NCBI GenBank assembly: GCA_964016885.1
Contig: CAXHJY010000409.1
Location: 1 to 64,000, forward strand
DNA length: 64,000 nt
From: Eledone cirrhosa
Lineage: Eukaryota
Reading direction: 5' to 3'
Position numbers and translations under genes: made by a program
Part shown: positions 59,895 to 64,000 of the stretch, in pieces
How positions within the stretch are numbered: the first letter of the stretch is position 1
Layout: each line of letters begins with the position of its first letter
The notes under the pieces: generated by a model
Database searches by the model: none
The model's input: the letters and a program-made list of their open reading frames with translations, nothing else
Told to the model about the DNA's origin: nothing

Positions 59895-60899
59895 GGTTTA
59901 GCGTCCGTGTTCCACGCTTGCATGGGTTTGGACGGGGGTTTTCCCACTTGAGGCAAGAGTTGTTGTCTTGCTCGCATAGGACTGTCTGGCGGGTTTTCTA
60001 CAGTTGGATGCCCTTCCTAACACCAACCACATTTACAGTGTGGGGCTGGGAGGTTTTTACCGTGTTGCCTACAAGGCCACATTACAGCGTGGACTGTCTG
60101 GCGGGTTTTCTACAGCTGGATGCCCTTCCTAACACCAACCACATTTACAGTGTGGGGCTGGGAGGTTTTTACCGTGTTGCCTACACGGCCACATTTACAG
60201 CGTGGACTGTGTGTTTTTTGTCGTGACACCTACACGATCTCATTTGTTTCGGCCTGGATGTTGTGGGACCAACATAACTTTACATTGAAAGGGGCAGTGT
60301 GGGTGGGGTGGAGGTGGTGGGACGGGGGTGTGTTTTGATAGAGATGCCTACTGACTGTAGTAGGTTTTTAGTTTGTATTTAGGTAAGGCGGGTCTTCTCT
60401 ATTACTGAGTACCGCCAAAGGTCGCGGTCCAGTGACATTGTCTTGGAGAGGTGTAAGCGTGTGAGGTCGGAATTTATCAGCTCGTCCCATGTTTTTCTGG
60501 GTCTGCCTACTCCGTGGCTACCGTCTATCTTTATTGCCCTGCACTTTGTTATACAGCTGTCGTCTTTCATGCGCATCACGTGACCGTACCAACGTAGCCT
60601 TCTCTCGAGTAAACAACATCTGATCCCTCTTATTTCTAATTTTTTCCTTAGTTCGTTTATGCTTTGCCGTTCACGTATATTACTATTGCACATCCAGCGG
60701 AGCATGCAAGCTTCGTTCCTCTCTAGTCTACGTATATCCTCTGCACACAATGCCCAGGTCTCACTGCCATGCAGCATTGCTGTTCGTATGCAGGCATCGT
60801 ATAACCTGCCTTTCATTTTTAGGGAGAACCCTCTAGCGGCTAATAGTGGTATAAGCTCTCTGAACTTTTTCCATCCAGTTCTGACTCTAGCTACTGTAC
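59866..60899 (-). mobile_element. Duplicate of the satellite-embedded RTE insertion
   Basis: Same breakpoints, TSD and tail as 56241-57274, offset by 3625 bp. Confidence 0.95.
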
Positions 60900-63800
60900 T
60901 GGCAATGGTTTAAATATATGTAACATATAGCACTAGTGTCCTCATATTTGGCAATGGTTTAAATATATGTAAGATATAGCACTAGTGTCCTCATATTTGG
61001 CAATGGTTTAAATATATGTAAGATATAGCACTACTGTCTTCATATTTGGGCATGGTTTAAATATATGTAAGATATAGCACTACTGTCCTCATATTTGACC
61101 ATGGTTTAAATATATGTAAGATATAGCACTAGTGTCCTCATATTAGGCAATGGTTTAAATATATGTAAGATATAGCACTACTGTCTTCATATTTGGCAAT
61201 GGTTTAAATAAATATATGTAAGATATAGCACTACTGTCTTCATATTTGGCAATGGTTTAAATAAATATATGTAAGCTATAGCACTACTGTCCTCATATTT
61301 GGCAATGGTTTAAATATATGTAAGATATAGCATTACTGTCCTCATATTTGGCAATGGTTTAAATATATGTAAGATATAGCACTACTGTTTTCATATTTGG
61401 CAATGGTTTAAATATATGTAAGCTATAGCACTACTGTCCTCATATTTGGCAATGGTTTAAATAAATATATGTAAGCTATAGCACTACTGTCTTTATATTT
61501 GGCCATGGTTTAAATATATGTAAGATATAGCACTACTGTCCTCATATTTGGCCATGGTTTAAATATATGTAAGATATAGCACTACTGTTTTCATATTTGG
61601 CAATGGTTTAAATATATGTAAGCTATAGCACTACTGTCTTCATATTTGGCCATGGTTTAAATATATGTAAGATATAGCACTACTGTCTTCATATTTGGCC
61701 ATGGTTTAAATATATGTAAGATATAGCACTACTGTCCTCATATTTGGCAATGGTTTAAATATATGTAAGATATAGCACTAGTGTCCTCATATTTGGCAAT
61801 GGTTTAAATATATGTAAGATATAGCACTACTGTCTTCATATTTGGCCATGGTTTAAATATATGTAAGATATAGCACTACTGTCCTCATATTTGGCAATGG
61901 TTTAAATATATGCAAGATATAGCACTACTGTCTTCATATTTGGCAATGGTTTAAATATATGTAAGATATAGCACTACTGTCCTCATATTTGGCAATGGTT
62001 TAAATATATGTAAGATATAGCACTACTGTCGTCATATTTGGCAATGGTTTAAATAAATATATGTAAGATATAGCACTAGTGTCCTCATATTTGGCAATGG
62101 TTTAAATAAATATATGTAAGCTATAGCACTACTGTCCTCATATTTGGCAATGGTTTAAATATATGTAAGATATAGCACTACTGTCTTCATATTTGGCCAT
62201 GGTTTAAATATATGTAAGATATAGCACTGCTGTCTTCATATTTGGCAATGGTTTAAATATATGTAAGATATAGCACTACTGTCCTCATATTTGGCAATGG
62301 TTTAAATATATGTAAGATATAGCACTACTGTCCTCATATTTGGCAATGGTTTAAATAAATATATGTAAGATATAGCACTAGTGTCCTCATATTTGGCAAT
62401 GGTTTAAATATATGCAAGATATAGCACTACTGTCTTCATATTTGGCAATGGTTTAAATATATGTAAGATATAGCACTACTGTCCTCATATTTGGCAATGG
62501 TTTAAATATATGTAAGATATAGCACTACTGTCCTCATATTTGGCAATGGTTTAAATAAATATATGTAAGATATAGCACTAGTGTCCTCATATTTGGCAAT
62601 GGTTTAAATAAATATATGTAAGCTATAGCACTACTGTCCTCATATTTGGCAATGGTTTAAATATATGTAAGATATAGCACTACTGTCTTCATATTTGGCC
62701 ATGGTTTAAATATATGTAAGAAATAGCACTACTGTCTTCATATTTGGCAATGGTTTAAATATATGTAAGATATAGCACTACTGTCCTCATATTTGGCAAT
62801 GGTTTAAATATATGTAAGATATAGCACTACTGTCCTCATATTTGGCAATGGTTTAAATAAATATATGTAAGATATAGCACTAGTGTCCTCATATTTGGCA
62901 ATGGTTTAAATATATGCAAGATATAGCACTACTGTCTTCATATTTGGCAATGGTTTAAATATATGTAAGAGATAGCACTACTGTCCTCATATTTGGCAAT
63001 GGTTTAAATATATGTAAGATATAGCACTACTGTCCTCATATTTGGCAATGGTTTAAATAAATATATGTAAGATATAGCACTAGTGTCCTCATATTTGGCA
63101 ATGGTTTAAATAAATATATGTAAGCTATAGCACTACTGTCCTCATATTTGGCAATGGTTTAAATATATGTAAGATATAGCACTACTGTCCTCATATTTGG
63201 CAATGGTTTAAATATATGTAAGATATAGCACTACTGTCCTCATATTTGACCATGGTTTAAATATATGTAAGATATAGCACTACTGTCTTCATATTTGGCA
63301 ATGGTTTAAATATATGTAAGATATAGCACTACTGTCCTCATATTTGGCAATGGCTTAAATATATGTGAGATATAGCACTACTGTTTTCATATTAGGCAAT
63401 GGTTTAAATATATGTAAGATATAGCACTACTGTCTTCATATTTGGCAATGGTTTAAATATATGTAAGATATAGCACTACTGTCGTCATATTTGGCAATGG
63501 TTTAAATATATGCAAGATATAGCACTACTGTCCTCCTATTTGACCATGGTTTAAATATATGTAAGATATAGCACTACTGTCCTCATATTTGGCAATGGTT
63601 TAAATATATGTAAGATATAGCACTACTGCCTTCATATTCGGCAACGGTTTAAATATATGTAAGATATAGCACTAGTGTCCTCATATTTGGCAATGGTTTA
63701 AATATATGTAAGATATAGCACTACTGCCTTCATATTTGGCAATGGTTTAAATATATGTAAGATATAGCACTAGTGTCCTCATATTTGGCAATGGTTTAAA

Positions 63801-64000
63801 TAAATATATGTAAGATATAGCACTAGTGTCCTCATATTTGGCAATGGTTTAAATAAATATATGTAAGATATAGCACTACTGTCGTCATATTTGGCAATGG
63901 TTTAAATAAATATATGTAAGATATAGCACTAGTGTCCTCATATTTGGCAATGGTTTAAATATATGTAAGTTATAGCACTAGTGTCCTCATTTTTGGCAAT

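Larger units (their letters stand above)
32031..64000. repeat. 49-bp satellite array (ATATGTAAGATATAGCACTACTGTCCTCATATTTGGCAATGGTTTAAAT) with 53-bp variants and higher-order structure
   Basis: Period counted directly (for example 32221 to 32270); continues past the window end. Confidence 0.99.

Noticed and set aside
32031-64000. CRISPR-like array or tandem RNA genes
   Set aside because: Head-to-tail monomers with no unique spacers, no cas genes and no tRNA or ribozyme core; eukaryotic satellite.

Overview
AT-rich eukaryotic, transposon-saturated DNA with no recognisable host gene; the repeat families look cephalopod/octopod-like (inference). The left half (1-32 kb) is nested mobile DNA sitting mostly in (TA)n tracts: several RTE-clade LINE copies from at least three subfamilies (one near full length), two tRNA-derived SINE families, an internally deleted RTE derivative, a FLYWCH-MULE (Phantom-like) transposon, Helitron pieces, a broken Penelope element, a foldback MITE and four short hammerhead-ribozyme-like motifs. 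The right half (about 32030-64000) is a 49-bp satellite with a 4466-bp higher-order repeat and one LINE insertion later duplicated 3625 bp away. The strongest leads are a C4HC3 PHD finger inside the RTE reverse transcriptase, the hammerheads (two with a U3-A8 core), and a SINE whose 3' region matches two different LINEs. The long Ile/Tyr ORFs are microsatellite artefacts. All calls are by eye; some boundaries are approximate.
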